From the IMG/VR virus record IMGVR_UViG_3300036949_000060: a stretch of 64,000 bases of DNA. One strand, given 5' to 3'. The translations under genes were made by a program, and so were the position numbers. Position 1 is the first letter of the stretch. Each line of letters opens with the position of its first letter. Of this stretch, positions 1 to 8,622 are shown one piece after another. Source of the stretch: an uncultured virus (IMG/VR IMGVR_UViG_3300036949_000060). Its lineage: Duplodnaviria > Heunggongvirae > Uroviricota > Caudoviricetes. The notes below the pieces were generated by a model. It worked only from the letters and a program-made list of their open reading frames with translations. It was not told where the DNA came from and did not search any database.

Positions 1-45
1 GGCGCTTCAGGGCCTGGGAGGGGTCCTCCCCCACCCCTTTCGGAG
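1..45 (-). other. Probable cos/packaging-site region of phage A
   Basis: G-rich tract (minus strand GGGGTGGGGGAGGACCCCTCCC) immediately downstream of the HNH gene, the usual position of cos in HK97-like phages. Confidence 0.45.
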
Positions 46-54
46 TGCTCTCTC

Positions 55-405
55 TCACCAGTTTCCATCCTGTTCAATCGTCCCCGTTGCTCTTGTCGCA
101 TGAGGACAGTAATTTATTTTATTTGACTTCCTTGCGTTGCATATCCAATGAGCCGGAGCTAAGTTGTTGGGATCCTCGGCTACATGACGAGGTGAATCAT
201 AACCGTATTCTTTCCATCTGCTCACCGGAATGATCTCGTCTATTACAAACGACAACGGATGCGACGAATCACTTGGCTCGTCATAGTGAATAGGTTTCCC
301 ACATATATGGCACGGTAGTTCCGCGGCCCTAATACGGGCTCGGTTCTGTCTCCTGAGGGTACCGTTTTGACTGCGTGGGTTACTGCTCATAACATCTCCT
401 AACAT
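55..405 (-). CDS. HNH endonuclease (terminase-associated)
   Basis: CHICG...IDEIIP...N..PAHWICN..KSNK motif. Confidence 0.85.
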   Translation of the reverse strand: MLGDVMSSNPRSQNGTLRRQNRARIRAAELPCHICGKPIHYDEPSDSSHPLSFVIDEIIPVSRWKEYGYDSPRHVAEDPNNLAPAHWICNARKSNKINYCPHATRATGTIEQDGNW

Positions 406-530
406 TGGAAAAGCCCCTCACTTTCGTAAGAGGCTTCACCGGGGGTCTATACAGTGTCTTTATCCACCATTTGCACGATTACATATTAGCGTTTATTTTT
501 TTCTCTGGTGTGTCGATTTTGTTTATATTT

Positions 531-546
531 GTTGCACCGGTGCAAC
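531..546. repeat. 16-bp perfect palindrome GTTGCACCGGTGCAAC, copy 1
   Basis: Identical copies at 6982-6997 and 9041-9056. Confidence 0.9.
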
Positions 547-721
547 TCGGGCTTATACGCCTGCTGCTTCTCTTGGAGTCTAATCCTCGTCTCTTTCTTT
601 GCCAGCTTGAACATTGCTGTCCCGACAATTGTGAGGATTATTATCACAACAACGTAAGCCACTCTTATTATCACTTCTTCACTCATCTCTTCATGATGTC
701 TCACCTTCCTCGCTTTCTGCT

Positions 722-907
722 TTATATTTCCTTTTTAATTCGTTCTATCATATCCAGAAAAACCATAGTTTCTACCATTCCTCCGATAGGAATACCGCTA
801 TTTATGTAATCATATTTTACTAAAAATTCCTCAACATAATCTTCTCCAAGATTCTTAGCAACCCATTTTGCACCCTCTTTTAGTTTTGTTAGCTGGTTCT
901 GGTTCAT
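722..907 (-). CDS. Small hypothetical phage protein
   Basis: RBS plus ATGA coupling to the upstream ORF. Confidence 0.6.
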   Translation of the reverse strand: MNQNQLTKLKEGAKWVAKNLGEDYVEEFLVKYDYINSGIPIGGMVETMVFLDMIERIKKEI

Positions 908-1188
908 CCTCTATCTCCTTCCCAGATCTTTTCGCATATTTCGAAACGGTCACAACTTTTGCACATTCCTTCCTGGTATGTGTCATTGCATTCCTTTTCT
1001 TCGAACCCTGTGCATCCGCCTTGCAAGCACTCGCTGTAGCTTTTGCCGTCTTCTTGCCATTCGTGGTTCCATTTGCAACGCGGGCAGTGTTCTTCAAACC
1101 ATCGGTCGCTGGGCGGCTCTGGCGGGTCTGGGATATATCCGAAATTGTGCTTGCCCGTTCCGAACGGGTGAAAAATAAAACCTGCCAT
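904..1188 (-). CDS. Cys-rich hypothetical protein
   Basis: FGTGKHNFGYIPDPPE motif shared with 56881-57066; CxxC pairs. Confidence 0.7.
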   Translation of the reverse strand: MAGFIFHPFGTGKHNFGYIPDPPEPPSDRWFEEHCPRCKWNHEWQEDGKSYSECLQGGCTGFEEKECNDTYQEGMCKSCDRFEICEKIWEGDRG

Positions 1189-1190
1189 TC

Positions 1191-1502
1191 CTATTCCTCA
1201 CCCTCGCTTTCTGCTCCCTGGTAAGGTTTCTTTAACCACTCCTGGCTCATGTGAATTGCTTCTGTTAAGTTGGCGATGTTGCGGCTGTGGATAAAAATTG
1301 TCTTCGGAAAAGTTCTCCGCAACATATAATTAAGGGCGTCTTCGTTCGTCGGGTCATTCGGTAAATCTAAATAATTTTTTTTCTGATCTTTGACCCACAT
1401 CTGGAACTCTGCCCGCTCTGATCTCGTAAGATTCCCGATGTCGTTCTTTTCTTCAATTTCAAGAAGTTCATCGAGTAACCTGGTTTTTTCATCTGTTGTC
1501 AT
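1191..1502 (-). CDS. Hypothetical phage protein
   Basis: RBS GAAGGAG before MTTDEK; coupled within the operon. Confidence 0.6.
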   Translation of the reverse strand: MTTDEKTRLLDELLEIEEKNDIGNLTRSERAEFQMWVKDQKKNYLDLPNDPTNEDALNYMLRRTFPKTIFIHSRNIANLTEAIHMSQEWLKKPYQGAESEGEE

Positions 1503-1853
1503 CGCTTTCTCCTTCTTCGGGTAAATCAACATAATCCTCGATCATGTGCCAAACGAACGGCTTCGGCTTTACTTTCCAGGGTGTCCGAATCTCAAACGTC
1601 ATACACTCCAGCGCGAGCGGGCTTATCTCTTTTATCGCTTCTTTCAGTCGCGCGATTCTTGCTTCGGCTTTTTCTCGGTAGATCTCGTAGCGGGTAACTT
1701 CGATGACTTTGAGGGGCTTGTCTTTTGTGTAGCCGCCGCGTAAAACGTGGATACACAACTGAATCGCTTCTGCCCTGGTCTTTCCGTATCTCACGCCCGA
1801 AAGATAAATCCTTCTGCATTCGTCTTCGATGTCTTTGTTCATTCGCTCTCCCC

Positions 1854-2261
1854 CTAAACAATGCCCTGGGTTATGCCCTGGTCTATCATGCAAGATTCGC
1901 CGTAACCTACGCGCCTTCTGTACTCCAGCGAGTTCTCTTTGGGTGCTTCTTCTTCGTATTCTTCGGGAAGATAAAACCACGCCAGGATGCCTTCCATTTC
2001 GTGCTCCCTGCAATACGTTGTACAGTTGAAGCCGTTGTTGTAGTTTGTTACAACCGCGGTGCCGCCGCCGCTCGTAGCAACGATCGTGTCGTGGTCGCTG
2101 TTTTCTGGCATCTGATCTTTGCAAGGAATCCACTCGGGTTTCGGGTTTCTGATAGCTTCGATGGCGTCGTCAATGGCGTCCATCTGTCTTTTTGAAAGTG
2201 TGGCTTCGAGTCTGATTTCTTCCAGCGTTTCGATGAGCTGGCGCTTTGCTTCTTTGTTCAT
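1854..2261 (-). CDS. DUF551-like phage protein
   Basis: EWIPCKDQMPE...ILAWFYLPEEY motif. Confidence 0.65.
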   Translation of the reverse strand: MNKEAKRQLIETLEEIRLEATLSKRQMDAIDDAIEAIRNPKPEWIPCKDQMPENSDHDTIVATSGGGTAVVTNYNNGFNCTTYCREHEMEGILAWFYLPEEYEEEAPKENSLEYRRRVGYGESCMIDQGITQGIV

Positions 2262-2274
2262 GCTTTCTCCTTCC

Positions 2275-2745
2275 TTAAAACTCCCCGAAAAACTCGATGC
2301 GGTTGTAGTTGATTGCCTGGCGGTTCAGTATTCGGTTGCATACATAAACCGACTGGAAATTCGGATGGTTGGCTTCTGTTTCTCCCTGGTGGATAAATTT
2401 CATACGCCCGCTGGGAACGATAAGCTCGACCCCGTTGTTGTTAAACATTGTTACGCGGCTCTTTGAATCAAAAAGCCCGTTAAAATTCATAACCAGGGCA
2501 AACGGAACGTTAAGATAAAACAGATGGCTGAAAACGTCGTTGCGCTTTGAGAACGGCGGATTCGAAACGACGACATCCCCGAGGGCTTCGTCGATCTCGA
2601 AAAAGTCCTGCCCCGTCGATATGTGCCCGAACTCTACCTCGTATCCTTCCTTCTGGAACGTCTGAACGAATCGGCTGTCTTCCGTGTCGAACGGGCACCA
2701 GATTTTTTTGAATCTCTTATTCGCCTTTATATAATCGCCCCTTTC
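2275..2745 (-). pseudogene. 5'-truncated adenine-specific DNA methyltransferase (NPPF class)
   Basis: Open frame reads KKIWCPFD...GQDFF...VVSNPPFS...PFALVMN. There is an in-frame TAA at 2746-2748 and no ATG before the catalytic motif. Confidence 0.7.
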
Positions 2746-2970
2746 TTAAGTCATATAATCCTAACTTCATTCTTATGTTATGTATTAAGTGTTTCATACT
2801 TCCTTACTTTCCTTGTATTCCTATGCTCAACTGTCCGTAACCTATCTGAACAGTTATGTGATAGATGTTCGGCTCATCCTTACCTATCCTTATCCCGATG
2901 CCGCAGAACAAGTCATTGATTATCCACACTGCGAAAAATCTGCCGATATTGAATCCTCTATCAAAGTCCA

Positions 2971-3174
2971 TTATTCCTCACTTTCTACAACCAACTTCTT
3001 TACATGGCTTACCTTGAATGACATATTACCAACGTAGAAATATTTGGGTCTTCGGAAGTCGTGCTTCACCGAAAATTCGTCGACATATCCCAACTTGCCC
3101 CATACCCAATCCCCATCAAAGAAGAGTATACGGACATTCTTTCCGACAAATGTCATAAGCTCTGCGTGTTTCAT
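2971..3174 (-). CDS. Small hypothetical phage protein
   Basis: RBS and operon position. Confidence 0.55.
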   Translation of the reverse strand: MKHAELMTFVGKNVRILFFDGDWVWGKLGYVDEFSVKHDFRRPKYFYVGNMSFKVSHVKKLVVESEE

Positions 3175-3421
3175 TCCTCTAATACCTCCTTAACGCATCC
3201 GCTATGTTTGCAAACATATCACTTAATGCTTGTGTTGCATCTGCTAATATCTCAGCCAATATCTTCGGGATGCTTGCTATTACTTCGCACATCTCCTCAA
3301 GCTCGGATCTCGTCAATTCGCTCTTTACCCTTTTGTCTTCCTGGGGATATGGAGCTCTGCCGTGAACCTTCTTGAACTTCTTTTTCCATTGCCGGTGATT
3401 CATCGTCCCTTCTTTCTCCTC

Positions 3422-3808
3422 TCACACAAAATGAAGATTGACTGCTACATCGTACACGAACCTGCTCTTGATATGTCCGTAAGTACTCCTCTCTGCATCT
3501 TGGGGATAACGGGCTCCGTACTGGATGTTGTTCCAAATTCCGGTATCATACTCCCTCGGTATATTCTGCCGGGCCGTATCAATGGCGTTGATGATATCCA
3601 GATACTCTGAATACTTGACCGCCATTTTAAATGTCGGGTCTCCCGGATCTCCGCTCGGAGGGGCTGATTCGCCCCCGCTGCTCTTCGGAGCGATCATTGT
3701 TGCGACTTCATCTTTAAGCCTGTGATAATCCCTGATGGTCCATAAGGTTTTGTGATAGACTGCCGCAGGCAGAATGTATTTTGTCTTCTTTCTCTGATAG
3801 TCTTTCAT
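3422..3808 (-). CDS. Late transcriptional activator (RinA/ArpU-like)
   Basis: IRDYHRLK...GDPT...AID.A..NIP.EY...IW pattern; last regulator before the packaging genes. Confidence 0.6.
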   Translation of the reverse strand: MKDYQRKKTKYILPAAVYHKTLWTIRDYHRLKDEVATMIAPKSSGGESAPPSGDPGDPTFKMAVKYSEYLDIINAIDTARQNIPREYDTGIWNNIQYGARYPQDAERSTYGHIKSRFVYDVAVNLHFV

Positions 3809-4188
3809 TGCTCCTCACTTTCTGACCTCGGTAATAAATCTTTGACCGCTTCAACATCTGAGATAAAAGATTTGGCTATCTCTTCGTCTGTGCAATTACA
3901 ATGTATTTCCTGCGGCTCAACCATCTTTGCACCGCAATGAGGGCAATAATCGTAATATCCAAAATCCTCAACAACTATGGTCGTAAAACAACATCTATCG
4001 CATTGGCACTTGATGCCCCAAGTCTTAACACCTGCAATATCATAAGCATCTACTTTTGTTTTTCTGCTCCAATGCCCTGTCTCCGGCTTTTGCATTTTCT
4101 TTACAACGGCATCTGCCATTGCTTCTATAGCACTTTCTGATATTTCTATTGTCATTCCTTGTCCCTCGCTTTTATCTGATCTCTCCAA
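3805..4188 (-). CDS. Zn-ribbon hypothetical protein
   Basis: GHW...CDRC...YCPHCGAKM. Confidence 0.65.
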   Translation of the reverse strand: MERSDKSEGQGMTIEISESAIEAMADAVVKKMQKPETGHWSRKTKVDAYDIAGVKTWGIKCQCDRCCFTTIVVEDFGYYDYCPHCGAKMVEPQEIHCNCTDEEIAKSFISDVEAVKDLLPRSESEEQ

Positions 4189-6049
4189 ATCCCGCCTTGA
4201 TTATTACCTCTGCTCTCTCAGGTGGTACCGTGATGACCTCTCCAGCATTGACCTGCCTGTGAAGCTTCGTGTCGCTGTAGGTTGTTGTGATCCTCAGCTT
4301 CACCGTCTCGGACTTCTTGGGCTTGACCTTGTGGTCGAGGATCCTCTCCCAGGCTTTCTTGATTGCCTTATTGTCGTATTCAAATTCGAATATCGGGATG
4401 TTTAAGAGTTTATGCACATCGAATCCCATATCAAACGGGATGATATATCCTGTCTCTCCGTCTACAACTCCCATCTCCTTGGCTGAAGGGAAGGGACAGC
4501 AGATTACCGGAACGTTATTCGTCAGTGCTTCGAGCATTGAATATGACCATGCTTCCGAGTCGCTGAGCTGGACCAGATAATCCGCTGCGGCGATATAGGG
4601 CTGAACATCCATCTCCAAACCCATATTCACCATTCCCCTGGGTGCATTCGGGATAACTCCTTCGGAGAAGTTAAACCAGATAAACGGAATCTCCGCTTCA
4701 TTGAGTCTTTCTGCTAAAATTCTCATCCTCTGTTCATTGTTTCCCTTGTCGGCCGCGGGGATTCTTGTCGCTGATACGAGGATCAAGGCTTTCTTGTCTG
4801 TTTTCTCTATCGGGTTATGTATTACCATCGCGTTCTTCGCCTCTTCGAATGTTTTCTTGCTCGCTGCGCTCACATTGACAATGAAGTCTGAATCTGCCGG
4901 TATGAACCACTGGGGATCTGTCTTGCATCCGTGACACATTCTCACGGATTGATTGCACCGGATATTGTTCGGAGTCTTATCCAGGATCCTCAGCATTATG
5001 AGCGTATCGCAGGCATACATTTTGTTGTAATCGTAATCAATGACTTTTATGTGTTTTTCGAGCCTGTTCCGCTGCCTTATGTCGACCGAACCGACCACAA
5101 GAGCGACATCTCTGTCTTTCATCAGCCGCCCGAAGTGATAAATGAATGACTCTATCCCCCCGATCACATGAAGCCCTCTGATATAGAGGATCACATCGTG
5201 CTGTTCCGGTATCGGAATGATCGCACATCCTCTGTAAGGTTCGCCTCTGAGGTAATGCGCCCACATGGTATTGACCGTGGGCTTATAGATCTGACACCAT
5301 CTCGACAGTTCCGGGATATCGTTCTGATGTGTCAGCAATATGACTTCGTTCGTTTCATCCTCTTTTTTGATCTCTTCCAAGAGTTCTGTCATATCAGCTG
5401 TGACGTGATGGAAGTAGTAAACGATCCTTTTGGTCTTTGTCTGACCGTTCTTGTAATTCTTTGTGTTACTTCCTGATACATCCGTCCGATAAAAATACAT
5501 ATACTCGGGAATGATGGCGGCTTTGATATCTTTGCTCAGATATCCGACTCTTCTTGAAAAGTCTTCATCTTCTGTCGCATCCTTTTGTTCGTTAAAACGA
5601 ATATTCCCGATCAGGGACCTTTTAAAGCATCTTGTGCAGGCGGACGGATTTGAAAGCCTGTCTCCCTGCCTTTTGACTTTATAGTCAAATTGCACACCCT
5701 TGATGTTCAAAGAACGCCATGAATACTCAATGAGTACGGGGTTATCTTCTATCTTTTCAAGAAGCTTTCTGATGAAGTGCGGGGATACCATGTCATCTGA
5801 GTCAATGAACTGTATATATTCGCCTTTCGCACATTTAAGGCCTCTGTTCCTCGCCGCTGCCTGCCCCTGGTTTTTCGTTCTGATGACTGAGAGCCACTTA
5901 TACTTGGATTTATAGGGCTTCGGTGATCCATCGTCTATGAGGATGACTTCTACTCCGGGGGTACCGATTATCTGCTTATCAAGGCACTCAAGGAGTTCGT
6001 CCGTATATTCCTTTGTGTTGTAATACGGGATTATGATTGAAAGCTTCAT
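4172..6049 (-). CDS. Two-domain glycosyltransferase (GT2 plus GT-B/GT4-like) with a small C-terminal domain
   Basis: SIIIPYYN, DDGS, ARNRG and FIDSDD (GT-A); GGIES and SEAWSYSMLEAL..PVI (GT-B). Confidence 0.9.
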   Translation of the reverse strand: MKLSIIIPYYNTKEYTDELLECLDKQIIGTPGVEVILIDDGSPKPYKSKYKWLSVIRTKNQGQAAARNRGLKCAKGEYIQFIDSDDMVSPHFIRKLLEKIEDNPVLIEYSWRSLNIKGVQFDYKVKRQGDRLSNPSACTRCFKRSLIGNIRFNEQKDATEDEDFSRRVGYLSKDIKAAIIPEYMYFYRTDVSGSNTKNYKNGQTKTKRIVYYFHHVTADMTELLEEIKKEDETNEVILLTHQNDIPELSRWCQIYKPTVNTMWAHYLRGEPYRGCAIIPIPEQHDVILYIRGLHVIGGIESFIYHFGRLMKDRDVALVVGSVDIRQRNRLEKHIKVIDYDYNKMYACDTLIMLRILDKTPNNIRCNQSVRMCHGCKTDPQWFIPADSDFIVNVSAASKKTFEEAKNAMVIHNPIEKTDKKALILVSATRIPAADKGNNEQRMRILAERLNEAEIPFIWFNFSEGVIPNAPRGMVNMGLEMDVQPYIAAADYLVQLSDSEAWSYSMLEALTNNVPVICCPFPSAKEMGVVDGETGYIIPFDMGFDVHKLLNIPIFEFEYDNKAIKKAWERILDHKVKPKKSETVKLRITTTYSDTKLHRQVNAGEVITVPPERAEVIIKAGFGEIR

Positions 6050-6687
6050 ACTCCGAACACTCTCCTTTCAAACATCAGCGCCTCAACACCATCATCGATG
6101 TCGCAGGTGTAATCATTTATCGCTACGTAATTCGTATAATCGATCACATCCAAGGGACCGCCTTTTATGACCTGCCAGAGCTCCCATGAAATAGCTTCAC
6201 GATGAAATCTTCCTTCGAGGTCATATTTGTGGCATTCTTCAATCTTCCGGAAGAACAGTTCCGTATCTTGGACTTTGAAAGCGAAGGGTTCCGCCCAGTT
6301 CTTAGTGTATTTTTCACGGAACGGTGGAGCTGAGGCAAAAAACTGTATCGTTTGGGTCTCGGTCTTTACGATCTTCCTGATGGCATCCTCTGAGAAGTAC
6401 ACATCCCCGAAGATATAACAAACAGGTTCGTCCATGGGATAGAAAGCCTTAAGCCATTTATGCTGATTTTTGCCATACTGAAAATCGTTATCGTGTCTCA
6501 ATACAGGAACACCGTTATTCATTGCCACACCCTCGACAGTGTTGCTGTTGGTGCTTACGGCTATGTCCTTGGCTCCATAAGACCTTAAAAGCCTTATCGT
6601 TCTCTCGAGGATTCTTTCCCCCATGACTTTCAAAAGCTGTTTGGGGTAATCTCCATACTTTCCGCCGCACATGATGATATATTTCAC
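6046..6687 (-). CDS. Nucleotidyltransferase (NTP_transf/LicC-like)
   Basis: IIMCGG...PKQLLKV.GE.ILERTI, FGDVYFS, CDID motifs. Confidence 0.75.
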   Translation of the reverse strand: MKYIIMCGGKYGDYPKQLLKVMGERILERTIRLLRSYGAKDIAVSTNSNTVEGVAMNNGVPVLRHDNDFQYGKNQHKWLKAFYPMDEPVCYIFGDVYFSEDAIRKIVKTETQTIQFFASAPPFREKYTKNWAEPFAFKVQDTELFFRKIEECHKYDLEGRFHREAISWELWQVIKGGPLDVIDYTNYVAINDYTCDIDDGVEALMFERRVFGV

Positions 6688-6968
6688 TGCTCTTTTCTCC
6701 TCTCATAAAGCTTGCAGGCCTTTGTGCTCCTTGGTTTATATCCTGCTCTACCTTTAAGGCATTTCCCGTAACTCTCGGAGGTTAAGTCGGGATGTGCCTC
6801 CCAGAATTTACACGCTCCACATTTGTCGGAGAGGTTTGTCCTTTCCATCTGCTCTTTTCTCAGGTGCTTCTCTCCCTGGAACTTCCATTCCGCCTTCAGC
6901 TGCGCTTCCTGTATCTCGTAATATGTCGCGTTATCCGGAACTCTTATCTCGGCTTTGTAAACTAACAT
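6684..6968 (-). CDS. Four-Cys small protein (CxxC...GxC...C)
   Basis: Homologous to 45048-45332 and 45669-45950. Confidence 0.7.
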   Translation of the reverse strand: MLVYKAEIRVPDNATYYEIQEAQLKAEWKFQGEKHLRKEQMERTNLSDKCGACKFWEAHPDLTSESYGKCLKGRAGYKPRSTKACKLYERRKEQ

Positions 6969-6981
6969 CCCTCTCCTTTCT

Positions 6982-6997
6982 GTTGCACCGGTGCAAC
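6982..6997. repeat. GTTGCACCGGTGCAAC palindrome, copy 2 (intergenic)
   Basis: Direct sequence match. Confidence 0.9.
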
Positions 6998-7167
6998 TTT
7001 TCCGTTTACGCCTGCTGCTTCTCTTTTATGCTTTAGCCATCGCTCTATATTTCCTGACTATTTCGATGGCTTTGTTAAATCCTTTGCGGTAATAGTCCAT
7101 TTTATCGGACTCATTCGTACATCCGGCTGCCATCATTTCATCAAACTCCTCAAATGTCTGCTCACTG

Positions 7168-7530
7168 TTATCGAGAAGTTCTTCTTCCATCTGATCGAGT
7201 AGTTCTTCCGGCATTCTTTCCCTCCTTTGTGAACGCTTCCACCAACGCTTCTTCCCAGAGCTCGTTCCTTCTCTCGGTGTCCTCAACTCGGAAGGGTTCG
7301 CGTTCGTTTTCTTTGATTACGCGCAGCACATTGTCCCACGCTTTCTTGAATATGGTCTTGGAGTCCTTTTTGATATCCTCAGGATTTACGAGAAGGTTTA
7401 TCTGCCATTCTCCCGGCTTCGTGCAGATCAGAAGATCCTGGATCTTTCCATTGAACCTCACAAAGTTCTTTATCCACGACACTTCGACCCCCTTAAGGTT
7501 GCATTTAATGGTGAACTGATGCTCTGTCAT
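7168..7530 (-). CDS. Hypothetical phage protein
   Basis: RBS AAGGAGG and a hairpin upstream. Confidence 0.55.
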   Translation of the reverse strand: MTEHQFTIKCNLKGVEVSWIKNFVRFNGKIQDLLICTKPGEWQINLLVNPEDIKKDSKTIFKKAWDNVLRVIKENEREPFRVEDTERRNELWEEALVEAFTKEGKNAGRTTRSDGRRTSR

Positions 7531-7606
7531 TCCCCCTCCTTTCCGGGCGACTGCACCGACCGCCCTGGGTTATTTCCGTGATATATTCTCCTGTCCGGAG
7601 GTGTGC

Positions 7607-7909
7607 TTATAAATAATTCTTCCCGAATATCTTCATGAAGTCCTTATCGGGATACTGTTTCATGAAAGCGGTCTGTCCTGCACTCTGCAGGATCCTGCAT
7701 ATGTCATAATTGACATGAATCGCTTCCGGGTGATCAAGGTGATGCTCATGACAGAGGTAAACCTTCAAACCGTACTTCTCAGAGTTCTTTCGGGAAGGTC
7801 CCATGAAGACGTGATGCTCTTCGAGGTTGTTTCTTCTCTGGTAGTCATGATGGAGCAGTGCGCAGAGATAACAATAACCGTCTTCCTTGTTCTGCATGAT
7901 TGACTTCAT
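7607..7909 (-). CDS. HNH-like Zn-binding phage protein
   Basis: CYLC...LEEHHVF.G..RK.SEKYGL.V.LC..HH...FGKNYL; homolog at 47014-47367. Confidence 0.7.
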   Translation of the reverse strand: MKSIMQNKEDGYCYLCALLHHDYQRRNNLEEHHVFMGPSRKNSEKYGLKVYLCHEHHLDHPEAIHVNYDICRILQSAGQTAFMKQYPDKDFMKIFGKNYL

Positions 7910-8268
7910 GATTCGATCTCCCAGCGAGCCTCTTTCTTGACTGTCAGCTTTATGGTGCCCTTCTGGGTGAGCTTCACAGTCGCTTTATATCCGGTACCGC
8001 TATCAGCGGTGAGACTTACAAGGCCGCTGTCGGACATCTGATTGATTCCGAACTTTACAAGGTCTCTCAGCTCTTCATGATCCTTCAGGAGCTCATCCGC
8101 ATTATCCTGAGCCTTGAGCCTTGAAGACTCCATCCTTTTGAGGGCCATTGCTGCGGAGCAGTCGCACAAGCTCATCGCTTTCCTCATCTGTTCGTTGTTG
8201 CTCATTCCCTCTTCGCCTTCAAAGGTCTGAACCTGTCCGCAAAATTTACAAGGTGCACTATAATTCAT
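7906..8268 (-). CDS. Zn-finger hypothetical protein
   Basis: CKFCGQ...CDC. Confidence 0.6.
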   Translation of the reverse strand: MNYSAPCKFCGQVQTFEGEEGMSNNEQMRKAMSLCDCSAAMALKRMESSRLKAQDNADELLKDHEELRDLVKFGINQMSDSGLVSLTADSGTGYKATVKLTQKGTIKLTVKKEARWEIES

Positions 8269-8622
8269 ATCTTGTTCTCCTCTCTGAACCACCAAATGTG
8301 CTTGTCAAAAATATCTGCCTTAATGTCTTTTTCTTCTGCAATAGGGAAATCGTCCTCGGCATATTCCCTTGGCTTTGTGAATCTCTCAATGCCATCAGGC
8401 TCGATGATTACTGCTGCCTGACCTTTGCAGTAATGTGTGATCACTCCGGGCTCGGATCTCCACCAAACCTTTCTGCCGATTACCTCTTCCTCCTATCGTG
8501 TGAACATATCCTTCAACCTTTATCACCTGATAGGGCTTCTTTCCGACAGTCACGTCCCAGGGCATCTTTTTGTAAACCAGAGTCTCCATGTCTTGCTTTT
8601 TTATGAGATTGATTTTTATCAC
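8265..8622 (-). pseudogene. Frame-disrupted (probably internally deleted) phage gene
   Basis: The N-terminal half (...VHTIGG) and the C-terminal half (VIGRKVWWRSEPG...HIWWFRE) are in different frames, joined at ~8485. The second frame's TGA overlaps the next ATG. Confidence 0.6.
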
